Shown here piece by piece: positions 39,930 to 48,301 of a stretch of DNA of 64,000 nucleotides (position 1 is its first letter; each line of letters starts with the position of its first letter). The notes under the pieces are model-generated. The model searched no databases. It had not been told where the DNA came from and saw only the letters and a program-made list of their open reading frames with translations. Made by a program: the position numbers and the translations under genes. The DNA lies in the NCBI GenBank assembly GCA_963668645.2, contig CAXXWC010000021.1:640001-704000 (forward strand), given 5' to 3'. Source of the stretch: Desulfobacterales bacterium (GTDB taxonomy: Bacteria > Desulfobacterota > Desulfobacteria > Desulfobacterales > UBA2174).

Positions 39930-39956
39930 CGTTCGCTCCCGCTGCTCATATGGATT

Positions 39957-40676
39957 TCAATCCTGGTTGCTCACCGTCACCTTGCCGGCCTGGGAGCAGA
40001 AGGTCGCCTCGAAGGGGCTGACCTTCAACGTGCGCGGCCGGCTCCACTTGGCGTGGTCCTTGGGCGGCTGGTAGGCTTCGAGCTGGTCGAGGCGCCCGAG
40101 CTTCTGCAGTCGCTCGTAGATCATCACCCAGCCGCAGGGGCGCTCCGGATCCACCTCGCACATCCCCTTTTCCGCCCCGCCGCAGGGACCGTTGAGAAGC
40201 TGCTTGGAGCACAGGGTCATGGGGCAGAGCCCGCCGGTGAATTCGATGACGCACTCGCCGCACAGGGAGCAGAACTCCTGGATGTCCGACTCGTTCACCG
40301 TCTCCCCACCGAAGATGGTGTCACAGCCCGGATGGACCATGCCGCCGTCGGTGGCGTCGATGACGGTATGCACCCCCTGGCCGCAGCCCAGCACGAGAAA
40401 AGAGTCGGCCTTGGCCACCTGTTCGGCGTAGTCCTGCTGGAGCACCTTGCGGGTGTGGTCCAGCTTGCACAGGCTCATCCCCTGGGGGCCCGGCACGGTG
40501 TAGCCGACCACATCGATCCTCCGGCGGGCCAGCCGCTCGGCCATGGCCTGGGTCTCGTCCTGGCCGCCGGAATGGCATTTCCAGGCGCAGTTGTTGCAGC
40601 CGACCACGAAGATCTTCTCGCCGGGCCGGATATAACGCACGATTTCCTCGATGGGTTTCTGGATGGTGGCGTGCAT
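39957..40676 (-). CDS. metV: MetV, Fe-S/Zn subunit of methylene-THF reductase
   Basis: GCNNCAWKCHSGG, GCGQGV, CSLCGEC...GLCPMTLCSKQLLNGPCGG...GMCEV..ERPCGW..IYERL; directly upstream of metF. Confidence 0.9.
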   Translation of the reverse strand: MHATIQKPIEEIVRYIRPGEKIFVVGCNNCAWKCHSGGQDETQAMAERLARRRIDVVGYTVPGPQGMSLCKLDHTRKVLQQDYAEQVAKADSFLVLGCGQGVHTVIDATDGGMVHPGCDTIFGGETVNESDIQEFCSLCGECVIEFTGGLCPMTLCSKQLLNGPCGGAEKGMCEVDPERPCGWVMIYERLQKLGRLDQLEAYQPPKDHAKWSRPRTLKVSPFEATFCSQAGKVTVSNQD

Positions 40677-40874
40677 CGGTTCTCTCCTTGTAATGCTTCC
40701 GTAAGATGCCGATAGAGCGTTGATTCACTTCGAATCCGTGTTCCTGCTTTCACTGCCGACGAGCATCGAGGAGGATCGATTGTTCGGGGAGCCGCACAAG
40801 GCCGGCAGGCGCTTGGGTTTCAACTTTCGGCGTTCATCGCGAGGCGGCGAGGCAGGATGATCGCGAAAGCTGAA

Positions 40875-41585
40875 TCAAATGGTTCGAAAATATTTGCGTT
40901 CACAGGCGATTCCGGCCTTCTCGAAGTCGGCGTACAACAGGTCGAGCCGCGCATCGGCGATGGCGATGGCCCGTTGGCGGTCAGCAGCGTCCCCATCGGT
41001 GGCGTAGCAGGCGAAACAGCGCTCGCACCGGCAGGCCGCCGCGTCCACAGCGGCCGAAAATTCGCCCATGAGATAGGTCTGGCTCTGCTCCTGGCGGTCG
41101 AAATGCTCCACGGCCGGCATGAAAGACAGCGCGGGCTCCACCATCACGGTCCGGCCTTCACCGGCTGCGGCCACCAGGTCGGGCAGGGTCCAGACCGGCT
41201 GTTCATCCTCGGCCGACTGCTCGAACTGCACGAGCATGTTCGACAGTGTGAACAGAGACTCCTCGACCTGGATCCCGGCGGACTTGAGCTTGTGGTAGTC
41301 GCGCTGCAGGTAGCGATTGGCGATCAACACCGCCTGGGATACGTGGGGACATAGGTTGTTGGGGCATCCGCGGGCGTAGCACTTGCGAAAGGCGTACGTC
41401 ACGCCGTCGATGGCGCCGTAGTAAAGGCACAGAAAGATATGGGCGCTGAAGGGATTGGCCCGATGCTGAAAGTCCACCGGCAAGATTTCAAACGCGGTGC
41501 GACAGGTGACGGTCGCGCCGTGTCGCTGGTATTCCACCAGATCGGTGATTCTTCGGGGCTGATTGTCTATGCGGGTGCCGGTCAT
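40875..41585 (-). CDS. Cys-rich hypothetical protein (possible metal or Fe-S binding)
   Basis: GGAGG RBS; FRKCYARGCPNNLCPHV and CRCERCFAC motifs; co-oriented within the cluster. Confidence 0.75.
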   Translation of the reverse strand: MTGTRIDNQPRRITDLVEYQRHGATVTCRTAFEILPVDFQHRANPFSAHIFLCLYYGAIDGVTYAFRKCYARGCPNNLCPHVSQAVLIANRYLQRDYHKLKSAGIQVEESLFTLSNMLVQFEQSAEDEQPVWTLPDLVAAAGEGRTVMVEPALSFMPAVEHFDRQEQSQTYLMGEFSAAVDAAACRCERCFACYATDGDAADRQRAIAIADARLDLLYADFEKAGIACERKYFRTI

Positions 41586-41721
41586 TTCGGGCCTCCCATG
41601 TGCATTGTTCCGAATTTCGATGGGTGTGCTTCGGATTTGAATTTCATCTGCGCCGCCTCAGGGGCGGGAATATCCCCGCCCCCCGCCTAAAGCAGCGGTC
41701 TCGAAGGTCTCTCGGGCCGCA

Positions 41722-42096
41722 TCAATATACAAAGAGTGCGTCGGCGGCCAGAGCGGCAATGTTCACCTGGGCCGCGGCGGTGACTTCGATGCCGGCCACC
41801 AGCTCGCTCTCCTGGATTCCGCGCGACTTGATGCACGGTCCGCATATCCACATCTTTCCGCCTAGATCGAGAAAATCGTCCAGCAGCTTCTTGATCGGCG
41901 GCAGACCGCCGGCGGCCGGAACCGTTTCCGCAAATCCGACCTTGCCGAAATGCACCGCATTGCTCTGCAAAACGATGGTGGCCTCGATGTCCATGGCCAG
42001 GGCCGCATTGGCCAGCACAAAGGGGAAGGCGGCCTTGTCCGGGTTTTCCGGACCGATGGTGGTGATGTAGAGAATCTTTTCGGTCTTGGCTTCCAT
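41722..42096 (-). CDS. DsrE/DsrF-like family protein
   Basis: GAGGAG RBS before ATG 42096. ITTIGPENPDKAAFPFVLANAALAMD...WICGPCIKSRGI...(124 aa). Confidence 0.9.
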   Translation of the reverse strand: MEAKTEKILYITTIGPENPDKAAFPFVLANAALAMDIEATIVLQSNAVHFGKVGFAETVPAAGGLPPIKKLLDDFLDLGGKMWICGPCIKSRGIQESELVAGIEVTAAAQVNIAALAADALFVY

Positions 42097-42134
42097 GTAA
42101 TGGCTCCTCGCTGGTGTAAAGTCCTGATCGATGA

Positions 42135-43061
42135 CTACAGGGTTTCGGCCATCACGCTGGACAGATCCCGCACATCGGCTCCGAGTTTGCGCAGGTTGCC
42201 CAGACAGATGGGACACATGGCGACGATGGGGGCCCCGGCGGCCGCCAGTTGATCCAGCCGGCGCCGGCCTACTTCGTCGGACAATTTGGGGGAGATGGAC
42301 TCGGCCGGGCCGCCGCAGCAGTGGGTATAATAGCCGGATCGCTCCACCGGTGCGCAGTCGATGCCCAGGTCGGCCAGGGCTTTGGCCGGCACATCCGAAA
42401 GGCCCAGGTAGCGTCCGTAAAAACACGGGTCATGGAGGGTCACCGTGCGCCGGCCGTTGCCGCCGTTGAGCCGCAGCAGCTCGAAATAGGGGTGCACCTC
42501 GAAGCTGGCACCGGTGTACTTGGGAAAAAGCTCCTTCAAGGCGTAGGTGGTATGCGGATCGACGGTGATCAGCTTCCTGATCCCGGCGTTCTGCAGCCGA
42601 TCCGCCAGCCAGCGGGCGTGGCGCACAAATCCCTCCTGGTCGCCCAGGTCGTAGAGGAGGATGCCGCTGTAGCGGTCCAGTTCCGGGCGGTAGCCGAAAT
42701 CGACCTGGGAGGCCTTGAGCAGCCTGACGATGTCCTGAAGGATGCGGTCGGATTTCCGCTTCTCCCGTCCCGGAGTGATCATCGCCAGACCGAGGCCCGA
42801 CAGATAGCCGGGAACGTAGCGGGCATAGCGCAGGGAGGCGCCCAGCGAAGAGTCTTCATATTTGGCCAGGTATCGGGTCGATGTCTCGATGTACGCGGTG
42901 AACTGGTACATCATCCCGGTAAAGAGCATGGCGTCGCCGCTAGTGGGCAATTCGGACTTGCGCCACCAGCGATTGACCAGAAAATGAGGGATGCCAAAAG
43001 GGTTGCGCGTGGTGCGCAGATTGGCGGCGATGGTCTCGATGATGTCTCTGGGATGATACAT
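42135..43061 (-). CDS. CCG-domain Fe-S protein (HdrB/HdrD-like), first CCG domain degenerate
   Basis: C-terminal HDPCFYGR...HCCGGP...AMCPICLGNL is intact. The N-terminal domain has YSGILLYDLG and ITVDPHT with no cysteines. Confidence 0.85.
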   Translation of the reverse strand: MYHPRDIIETIAANLRTTRNPFGIPHFLVNRWWRKSELPTSGDAMLFTGMMYQFTAYIETSTRYLAKYEDSSLGASLRYARYVPGYLSGLGLAMITPGREKRKSDRILQDIVRLLKASQVDFGYRPELDRYSGILLYDLGDQEGFVRHARWLADRLQNAGIRKLITVDPHTTYALKELFPKYTGASFEVHPYFELLRLNGGNGRRTVTLHDPCFYGRYLGLSDVPAKALADLGIDCAPVERSGYYTHCCGGPAESISPKLSDEVGRRRLDQLAAAGAPIVAMCPICLGNLRKLGADVRDLSSVMAETL

Positions 43062-43062
43062 T

Positions 43063-43368
43063 TCAGCCGTTCCTCCAGTGATCGAGGGCCAGGCGCTTGA
43101 GCCCCAGAATGATCTCTCCCGGATTGGCCTCCCGGGGGCAGGTCTGGGTGCACAGGCCGCAGTGAAGGCACTTCCACAGCTCCTGGGCGTTTTCCAGAAT
43201 GCGCTCCTTGGCGCCGATCTGCACGTAGCGGATCATCTTGCGCGGAAAGTGTTCGTCGATCAGCGGGCAGATCGCCGTGCAGGTGCCGCAGTTGAAGCAC
43301 GCCAGGGCGCTGTCTTCGCTGAAACGCATCAGTTCTTCGGCAAAATCCGGTCTGAGCTGGGTGGTCAT
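43063..43368 (-). CDS. HdrC-like 2x[4Fe-4S] dicluster protein
   Basis: CFNCGTCTAICP...FPRKMIRY...LWKCLHCGLCTQTCPREANP; GGAG RBS before ATG 43368. Confidence 0.9.
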   Translation of the reverse strand: MTTQLRPDFAEELMRFSEDSALACFNCGTCTAICPLIDEHFPRKMIRYVQIGAKERILENAQELWKCLHCGLCTQTCPREANPGEIILGLKRLALDHWRNG

Positions 43369-43390
43369 CGTTTTTCTCCAGGGCGGTCTG

Positions 43391-43711
43391 TCAGGCTTCG
43401 GCCTCGGCCGGCTCGGCATCCTGCGCCTTGCCCGCAACCAGTGCGTAGCGGAAATAGCTGTCGTCCTCTCCGGCCTCGACGATCTGGCCGTATTTCTTCA
43501 TGCCGGCCACGAACCAGAGCACCGTGGCGCTCGGCAGTCCCACCGCCGCGGCGATCTGCGGCACGGTGGCGGGATCGGTTTCCAGGGCCTGGCGGATCGC
43601 CTTGATCGTCTTTTTCTGGAATTGCGACTCGGCCGTGGCTTTTTGGACCCATTCCTTGCGCGTGGCCCGCAGTTCTTTGAGGGCCTGCACTTTTGCCTTG
43701 TCAGCGCTCAT
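43391..43711 (-). CDS. Small winged helix-turn-helix protein
   Basis: PATVPQIAAAVGLPSATVLWFVAGMKKYGQIVE...YFRY. Confidence 0.8.
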   Translation of the reverse strand: MSADKAKVQALKELRATRKEWVQKATAESQFQKKTIKAIRQALETDPATVPQIAAAVGLPSATVLWFVAGMKKYGQIVEAGEDDSYFRYALVAGKAQDAEPAEAEA

Positions 43712-43736
43712 CGGTTTGCCTCACAAAGTTCGAAAT

Positions 43737-45617
43737 TCAAGATTCCACAATCGCATCCACCATGGCTTCGTACTGGCGCAGGGTCATGCCGCACACGTCG
43801 ATGGCATTTTCCGGGCACACGGCCACGCAGGCCCCGCAGCCCAGGCAAAGCGCCGGGGTGACCCGGGCGCGGCGGACCGTCCGGCCGTCCACTTCCATCT
43901 CCACCAAGCTCAGGGCGCCCGGATTGAGGCAGGCCTCGACGCAGGCTCCGGTGCCCCGGCAGCGGGCGATATCGACCTCGGCAACAAACGGATCCAGTTC
44001 CACCTGCCCGCCGGCCAACAGGGCCGCCACCTTGGCGGCGGCGGCGCCGGCCGCGTTACAGGTTTCGCCCACGTCAAAGGGCGCCTGGCACGTGCCGGCC
44101 ACGAAGATTCCCCCCACCGGCATTTCCACCGGCCGCAGCTTGGGGTGCACTTCCAGCAGAAACCGGTCCATGCCCACCGGCAGCTTCATCATCTCCACCA
44201 GGTCCGAAACGTCGTTGGCTTCCATCCCGGTGGCCAGCACCACCAGGTCCGCCGGCACTTCCAGGGCTTCGCCGAAGGTAAGGGTGTCGGTGACCCGCAC
44301 TTTCAGCGGGAAGCCGTCTGCCGGATCGGCCGCTTCAACCTCGGGGGCGTTGTCGGCCTCGAAGCGCAGGAACACCACGCCGTTGCGCGCGGCCTGCTCG
44401 TAGAGATCTTCCTGGCCCCGGCCGTAGGTGCGGATGTCGCGGTACAGCTCGTAGACCCGGGTGCCGGGATGGGCCTGGCGGATGCGGTCGGCCGCGTTGA
44501 GGGTCGCGGTGCAACAGGTCCGCGAGCAGTACTCGTTGAGGTGCCCGGATTCGTCCTCCAGATGGATCCCCGGAATCTGGCGGCTGCCCACGCAGTGGAT
44601 CATGGCCACGCTGCGGATTCGGCGGCCGTCGATTTCCAGAACGCTTCCCCGGCTTCCCTGCTCGGCCATCTTTCGGATCAGGGCCGGCAGGGTGATGACC
44701 GGCTCGAATTCGCCATACCCGTACTCGCCCTGGCGCGGCTGGTAGGAGCGAAAACCGGTGGCCAAAACGATGGCCCCGGTCTCCAGGGTGAATTCCTCGG
44801 GCTGCGCGTTCAAAAACCCGGCCGGCTGCATGCCGGCAAAGGGGATGTAGCAAGCTTCGGCCGACGGGGCCTGGGCCGGAGCCTGCCGGCGCACGGTGAG
44901 CTTGAAGTTGCCGATATACCCCTCGTAGCCCACCACCTGGGCGCCGGTGAACACCGTGATGTCTGGATGGGCCAGCACCGCGCCGGCCAGCTCGCGCACC
45001 AGGTCGGAGGCCTGCTCCCCGGTGGGCGCGATGCGGTCCAGGCGGGCGAGCTGGCCCCCGAGGCAGGACGATTTTTCGATGAGGGTCACCGGAATGCCGC
45101 GCTGGGCCAGATCCCTGGCGGCGCTCAGACCAGCGGCGCCCCCGCCGATCACCGTGGCGTGGCGGGTGGCCGGGACCTGGATTGGCGTCAGGGGCTTGAG
45201 CCGGCCGGCCTTGGCCGCCGCGGCCGACACCAGGGCGGCGGCCTTGTCCGTGGCCGGATCGCCGTGGTGCACCCAGCTCACCTGCTCGCGGATATTGGCG
45301 TGCTCGTAGATAAACGGGTTGGCCCCGGCGCGCCGAATGGCGCTGCGAAAGGTCGTTTCATGGAGGCTCGGGGCGCAGGAGGCCACCACCACCCGGTCCA
45401 CCGTGCCGTTCTTAAGGTCCTGGGCGATCAACTCCTGGCCCGGGTCGGAGCACATGAACACATTGGTCCGCGCCACGGCCACGTCGGGCAGTTTTTCCAT
45501 CCGCCGGCGCACCGCCTCCACGTCCACGTGGTCGGAGATGTTGCCTCCGCAATGGCAGATATAGACGCCGATCTTGGGGGCGGAGGATTGGTCTTTATCT
45601 TCTTTGGCTTCACTCAT
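43737..45617 (-). CDS. hdrA: Heterodisulfide reductase subunit A-like flavoprotein, long paralogue
   Basis: IGVYICHCGGNIS, MCSDPGQ, ASCAPSLHE, NIREQVSWVH, IGGGAAG, CVGSR...YCSRTCC, FLLEVHPKLRPVE, C-terminal ferredoxin CRGTGACVEAC / CLGCGACVAVCP. Confidence 0.93.
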   Translation of the reverse strand: MSEAKEDKDQSSAPKIGVYICHCGGNISDHVDVEAVRRRMEKLPDVAVARTNVFMCSDPGQELIAQDLKNGTVDRVVVASCAPSLHETTFRSAIRRAGANPFIYEHANIREQVSWVHHGDPATDKAAALVSAAAAKAGRLKPLTPIQVPATRHATVIGGGAAGLSAARDLAQRGIPVTLIEKSSCLGGQLARLDRIAPTGEQASDLVRELAGAVLAHPDITVFTGAQVVGYEGYIGNFKLTVRRQAPAQAPSAEACYIPFAGMQPAGFLNAQPEEFTLETGAIVLATGFRSYQPRQGEYGYGEFEPVITLPALIRKMAEQGSRGSVLEIDGRRIRSVAMIHCVGSRQIPGIHLEDESGHLNEYCSRTCCTATLNAADRIRQAHPGTRVYELYRDIRTYGRGQEDLYEQAARNGVVFLRFEADNAPEVEAADPADGFPLKVRVTDTLTFGEALEVPADLVVLATGMEANDVSDLVEMMKLPVGMDRFLLEVHPKLRPVEMPVGGIFVAGTCQAPFDVGETCNAAGAAAAKVAALLAGGQVELDPFVAEVDIARCRGTGACVEACLNPGALSLVEMEVDGRTVRRARVTPALCLGCGACVAVCPENAIDVCGMTLRQYEAMVDAIVES

Positions 45618-45644
45618 CGGGGGCATCTCCTGCATCGCCGGGCC

Positions 45645-46961
45645 TCAATCCGCCGCAGCGTTCTGGGCCGCGGGCCGCTCCAGGGCCGTCAAGTACTTGC
45701 TGGCCGCCATGGCCGCGTTGCCGGCCTCGGTGATCGTGTCGACGATATCCTTGGGACCGACGGCGGCCCCGGCGGTGAAAACGCCTTCCATATCCGTGGC
45801 CGCGGGCGCCAGTTTGGGATGGCGGCTGTAAATGAACCGATCCGAACCCGTGGTCAGCGGGCAGATCCCGTCCGGGTTCCAGGCGGGAATCAGACCCATC
45901 GAAAGCACCACCAGGTCGTGGTCGGCTGTGGTGACCCCTTCGCCGTCCTGAGCCTCGTAGTGCAGCCGCACCGCGCCGTCCTCGCCGGCTTCCACGGCCG
46001 CCACCTTGGCCTTGACGAAGTTGATCCCCATGGCCTGGGCGTTCTGGAAAAACTGCTCATAGCCTTTGCCGAAGGCCCGAATGTCCATGTAGTAGATCGT
46101 AACGTCGGCCAGGGGCAAAGCCCCGGACAGCAGCATGGCCTGCTTGATGGCGTACATGCAGCAGACCCGCGAGCAGTAGGACAGGCCCATGGACTTGTCC
46201 CGCGAACCGGCACACTGAATGTAGGCAATGCTGTCGGGCGCCTTGCCGTCCGAGGGCCGCAGGACCCGGTTGTAGGGGCCGTGGGGGGCCAGCAGGCGCT
46301 CCATCTGAAGCGCGTCGAGCAGGTTGGGAATGGCGCCCCGGCCGTACTGCGGCTTGTCGGCCATGGAGGTCATCTCGAATCCGGTGGTGACCAGGGCGGT
46401 TTCGGCCGTCACCACAAACGACTCGGGCTGCTGAAAGTAATCGATGGCCTGGGTCGGACAGGCCCGCTCGCAGCGGCCGCAGAGCATGCAGTGGTCCGGG
46501 TCGAGCACCGCGATCTGGGGGATGGCGTTGGAAAAGGGAATGGCGATGGCCTTGGTGGGCGAAAAGCCGCCCTGCTCCTTGTCGCTGACCATCACCGGGC
46601 AGGCGTATTCGCACTGGCGGCAGCCGATGCACTTTTGGTCATCCACGTAGCGCGGCCGCTGCACCACCTCGGCCCGCACTTGGCCGTCGGTGCGCTCCAG
46701 GGACGTAAGGGTGCAGTAGGTCAACAGGGTGATGCGCTCGTGGTGGGCGGCAGCGGCCATCTTGGGCGTGGTGATGCAGCTGGCGCAGTCCAGGGTGGGA
46801 AAGACCTTGGACAGACGGATCATCTTGCCGCCGATGGAGGCGTCCTTTTCGATCACTGCCACGGTGAATCCCTGGTCGGCCAGATCCAGGGCCGACTGAA
46901 GACCGGCGATGCCGCCGCCGATGACCATGGCATCGAAGGCCTGGGTGCGATTGTCGCTCAT
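45645..46961 (-). CDS. hdrA: Heterodisulfide reductase subunit A-like flavoprotein, short paralogue
   Basis: IGGGIAG, SIGGKMIRLSKVFPTLDCASC, inserted ferredoxin CIGCRQCEYACP / CMLCGRCERACP, QMERLL, CAGSRD..YCSRVCCMYAIK, GPKDIVDTI. Confidence 0.93.
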   Translation of the reverse strand: MSDNRTQAFDAMVIGGGIAGLQSALDLADQGFTVAVIEKDASIGGKMIRLSKVFPTLDCASCITTPKMAAAAHHERITLLTYCTLTSLERTDGQVRAEVVQRPRYVDDQKCIGCRQCEYACPVMVSDKEQGGFSPTKAIAIPFSNAIPQIAVLDPDHCMLCGRCERACPTQAIDYFQQPESFVVTAETALVTTGFEMTSMADKPQYGRGAIPNLLDALQMERLLAPHGPYNRVLRPSDGKAPDSIAYIQCAGSRDKSMGLSYCSRVCCMYAIKQAMLLSGALPLADVTIYYMDIRAFGKGYEQFFQNAQAMGINFVKAKVAAVEAGEDGAVRLHYEAQDGEGVTTADHDLVVLSMGLIPAWNPDGICPLTTGSDRFIYSRHPKLAPAATDMEGVFTAGAAVGPKDIVDTITEAGNAAMAASKYLTALERPAAQNAAAD

Positions 46962-46986
46962 CTTGCTTGCTCCCGCCGCTTGCGAG

Positions 46987-47415
46987 TTAGTGTCCATCCG
47001 TGGCCTTTGGGGCCTCGGCCAGCGTGTTCACCAGGTTGTTCATCTGGTTCACTTCGTTGAGAAAGGCCCGATTGCAGACCGTGCAGATGGCCGTCAGGCG
47101 CAGGCGACGGATGTCGATGCCGCTTTGCTTCATGCTCTGGTAGACGCGGTCGAGCCGCTTGGCCATGGCATGATAGGCGCCGTCGTAGGGGCATTCCTCG
47201 CCGCAGGACATCACGATGATGCCGCCGATTCCCTTGCGAAAGCAGTCCAGATAAAAATGCTCCGGAAACAGCACCGGGGCCTTGACCCGCAGGATGTACA
47301 CATTGGCCGGATAGCTCGAATGGGCCTGGCCCACCGAGTCGGCCCCGGGATAGGCGCAGCTTTCAGTGGCGAGCACGAGAATCTTGTTGCCGGTGGCCGG
47401 CGATGCCGTGGACAT
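46987..47415 (-). CDS. mvhD: MvhD/FlpD-like [2Fe-2S] subunit
   Basis: SCAYPGADSVGQAHSSYPANVYILRV, MSCGEECPY, RLRLTAICTVC. Cys ligand pattern differs from canonical MvhD. Confidence 0.85.
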   Translation of the reverse strand: MSTASPATGNKILVLATESCAYPGADSVGQAHSSYPANVYILRVKAPVLFPEHFYLDCFRKGIGGIIVMSCGEECPYDGAYHAMAKRLDRVYQSMKQSGIDIRRLRLTAICTVCNRAFLNEVNQMNNLVNTLAEAPKATDGH

Positions 47416-47501
47416 GGTGTCGCTCCATCCGCTTCGGATCGTTATGGCAGCCGCTCCAGCGGTTTACCGCCACTGAAAGCCGCTGCCGACTGGCGCCTTA
47501 A

Positions 47502-47753
47502 TTATTTCTTTCGGCGTACGAAGTGCTTGTCATACCCGTCGGCTTGCACAAAGCCGACATACTCGTGGCCCACTTTGCCGGCCCAGGCCGGGATGTCCCT
47601 GCGGGTGCCGCTGTCGTTGGAATAGATTTCCAGCACCTGGCCCACCTTGACCTTGCCGATGCCCTTCTTGGCTTCCAGAAGCGGTCCCGGGCAGGCGCTG
47701 CCGCGCGCATCGACGGTGTTGTCGGCTTGAAAGCTGCTCAGATCGGTCGTCAT
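47502..47753 (-). CDS. tusA: TusA-family sulfur carrier protein
   Basis: VDARGSACPGPLLEAKK (CPxP), GQVLEI.SND.GT..DIPAW..KVGH. Confidence 0.92.
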   Translation of the reverse strand: MTTDLSSFQADNTVDARGSACPGPLLEAKKGIGKVKVGQVLEIYSNDSGTRRDIPAWAGKVGHEYVGFVQADGYDKHFVRRKK

Positions 47754-48055
47754 TTTGTCGGTCTCCTTTCGCTTTGGCGGGTCTCATCGTCCGCCGGATC
47801 AAATTCTTCTCTTGCGGGGCTCACCTGGCAGATGAGCCGGATCTGGTAGTGCTCCGGCTGGACTTGGGTCGCGGTGATCCTGAAACGCTCCTGGGACAGC
47901 AGCCGCATCAGGGCTTGGAAGGTGCTTGGATCGGCACCGCGGATCTCCAACCGGTCTCCGGTACGCATCTGGCGCAAGGTCTGATTGACCTTGAGCAGGG
48001 CCAACGGCTGAAGGCTGTCGCACAAATCGATTTCAAATTCGGCTTGTCTGCTCAT
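47750..48055 (-). CDS. TusA-like protein lacking the CPxP cysteine
   Basis: IDLCDSLQPLALLKVNQTLRQMRTGDRLEI..ADP. Start moved to ATG 48055 because the sigma-54 promoter lies at 48093-48109. Confidence 0.75.
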   Translation of the reverse strand: MSRQAEFEIDLCDSLQPLALLKVNQTLRQMRTGDRLEIRGADPSTFQALMRLLSQERFRITATQVQPEHYQIRLICQVSPAREEFDPADDETRQSERRPTK

Positions 48056-48092
48056 CCGGCGTTTGCCTCGCTCGTCGTTGTCGATCCGTTTG

Positions 48093-48109
48093 AGCAAGAC
48101 GGGTGCCAA
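48093..48109 (-). promoter_or_regulatory. Sigma-54 (-24/-12) promoter for the tusA-mvhD-hdr cluster
   Basis: Minus strand TTGGCAC-CCGTC-TTGCT is an exact match to TGGCAC-N5-TTGC, 37 bp upstream of the first gene. Confidence 0.9.
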
Positions 48110-48149
48110 CCGGCTCGGCTTCAGCGCCATGCGGATCCGCTGAATTTTT

Positions 48150-48162
48150 CAACAAGCTGATA
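48150..48162 (-). promoter_or_regulatory. IHF binding site
   Basis: Minus strand TATCAGCTTGTTG matches WATCARNNNNTTR and lies between the promoter and the putative enhancer. Confidence 0.65.
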
Positions 48163-48263
48163 TTTCAGAGGATTAATTTACAGGAAGGCGACGTGCCGGC
48201 TCGGTTTGAGCCGGCTTGAACCTTTCGGGCTTGCCTGATCTTTTAAATCGGGGTAAGGAGGAT

Positions 48264-48292
48264 CGTCTAGACAGGTGTCTAAATACTAGACG
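48264..48292. promoter_or_regulatory. Candidate upstream activator sequence for the sigma-54 activator
   Basis: Overlapping palindromes TAGACA-gg-TGTCTA and GTCTA-aatac-TAGAC about 170 bp upstream of the -24/-12 box. Confidence 0.5.
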
Positions 48293-48301
48293 GTAACGCA
48301 G

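Noticed and set aside
40677..40874. Possible SAM/THF riboswitch upstream of metV
   Set aside because: No recognisable SAM-I, SAM-II or THF consensus by eye; an Rfam scan would be needed.
41661..41682. GC-rich hairpin downstream of the dsrE-like gene
   Set aside because: No T-tract on either strand, so not called a terminator. It could still be a processing or stability element and bears on whether metVF is co-transcribed.
43737..46961. Calling the two flavoproteins qmoA/qmoB
   Set aside because: No aprAB or membrane qmoC nearby, MvhD is a separate gene, and the long copy has an HdrA-type N-terminal cluster domain.
43500..47060. 1,186-aa plus-strand ORF
   Set aside because: Lies entirely antisense to the two hdrA genes, with shadow-like composition and no motifs.
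39027..47753. Selenocysteine recoding in hdrA, mvhD or hdrC-like genes
   Set aside because: The ORFs appear complete without read-through. The TGA ending the hdrC-like gene is followed by an ATG in a different frame.
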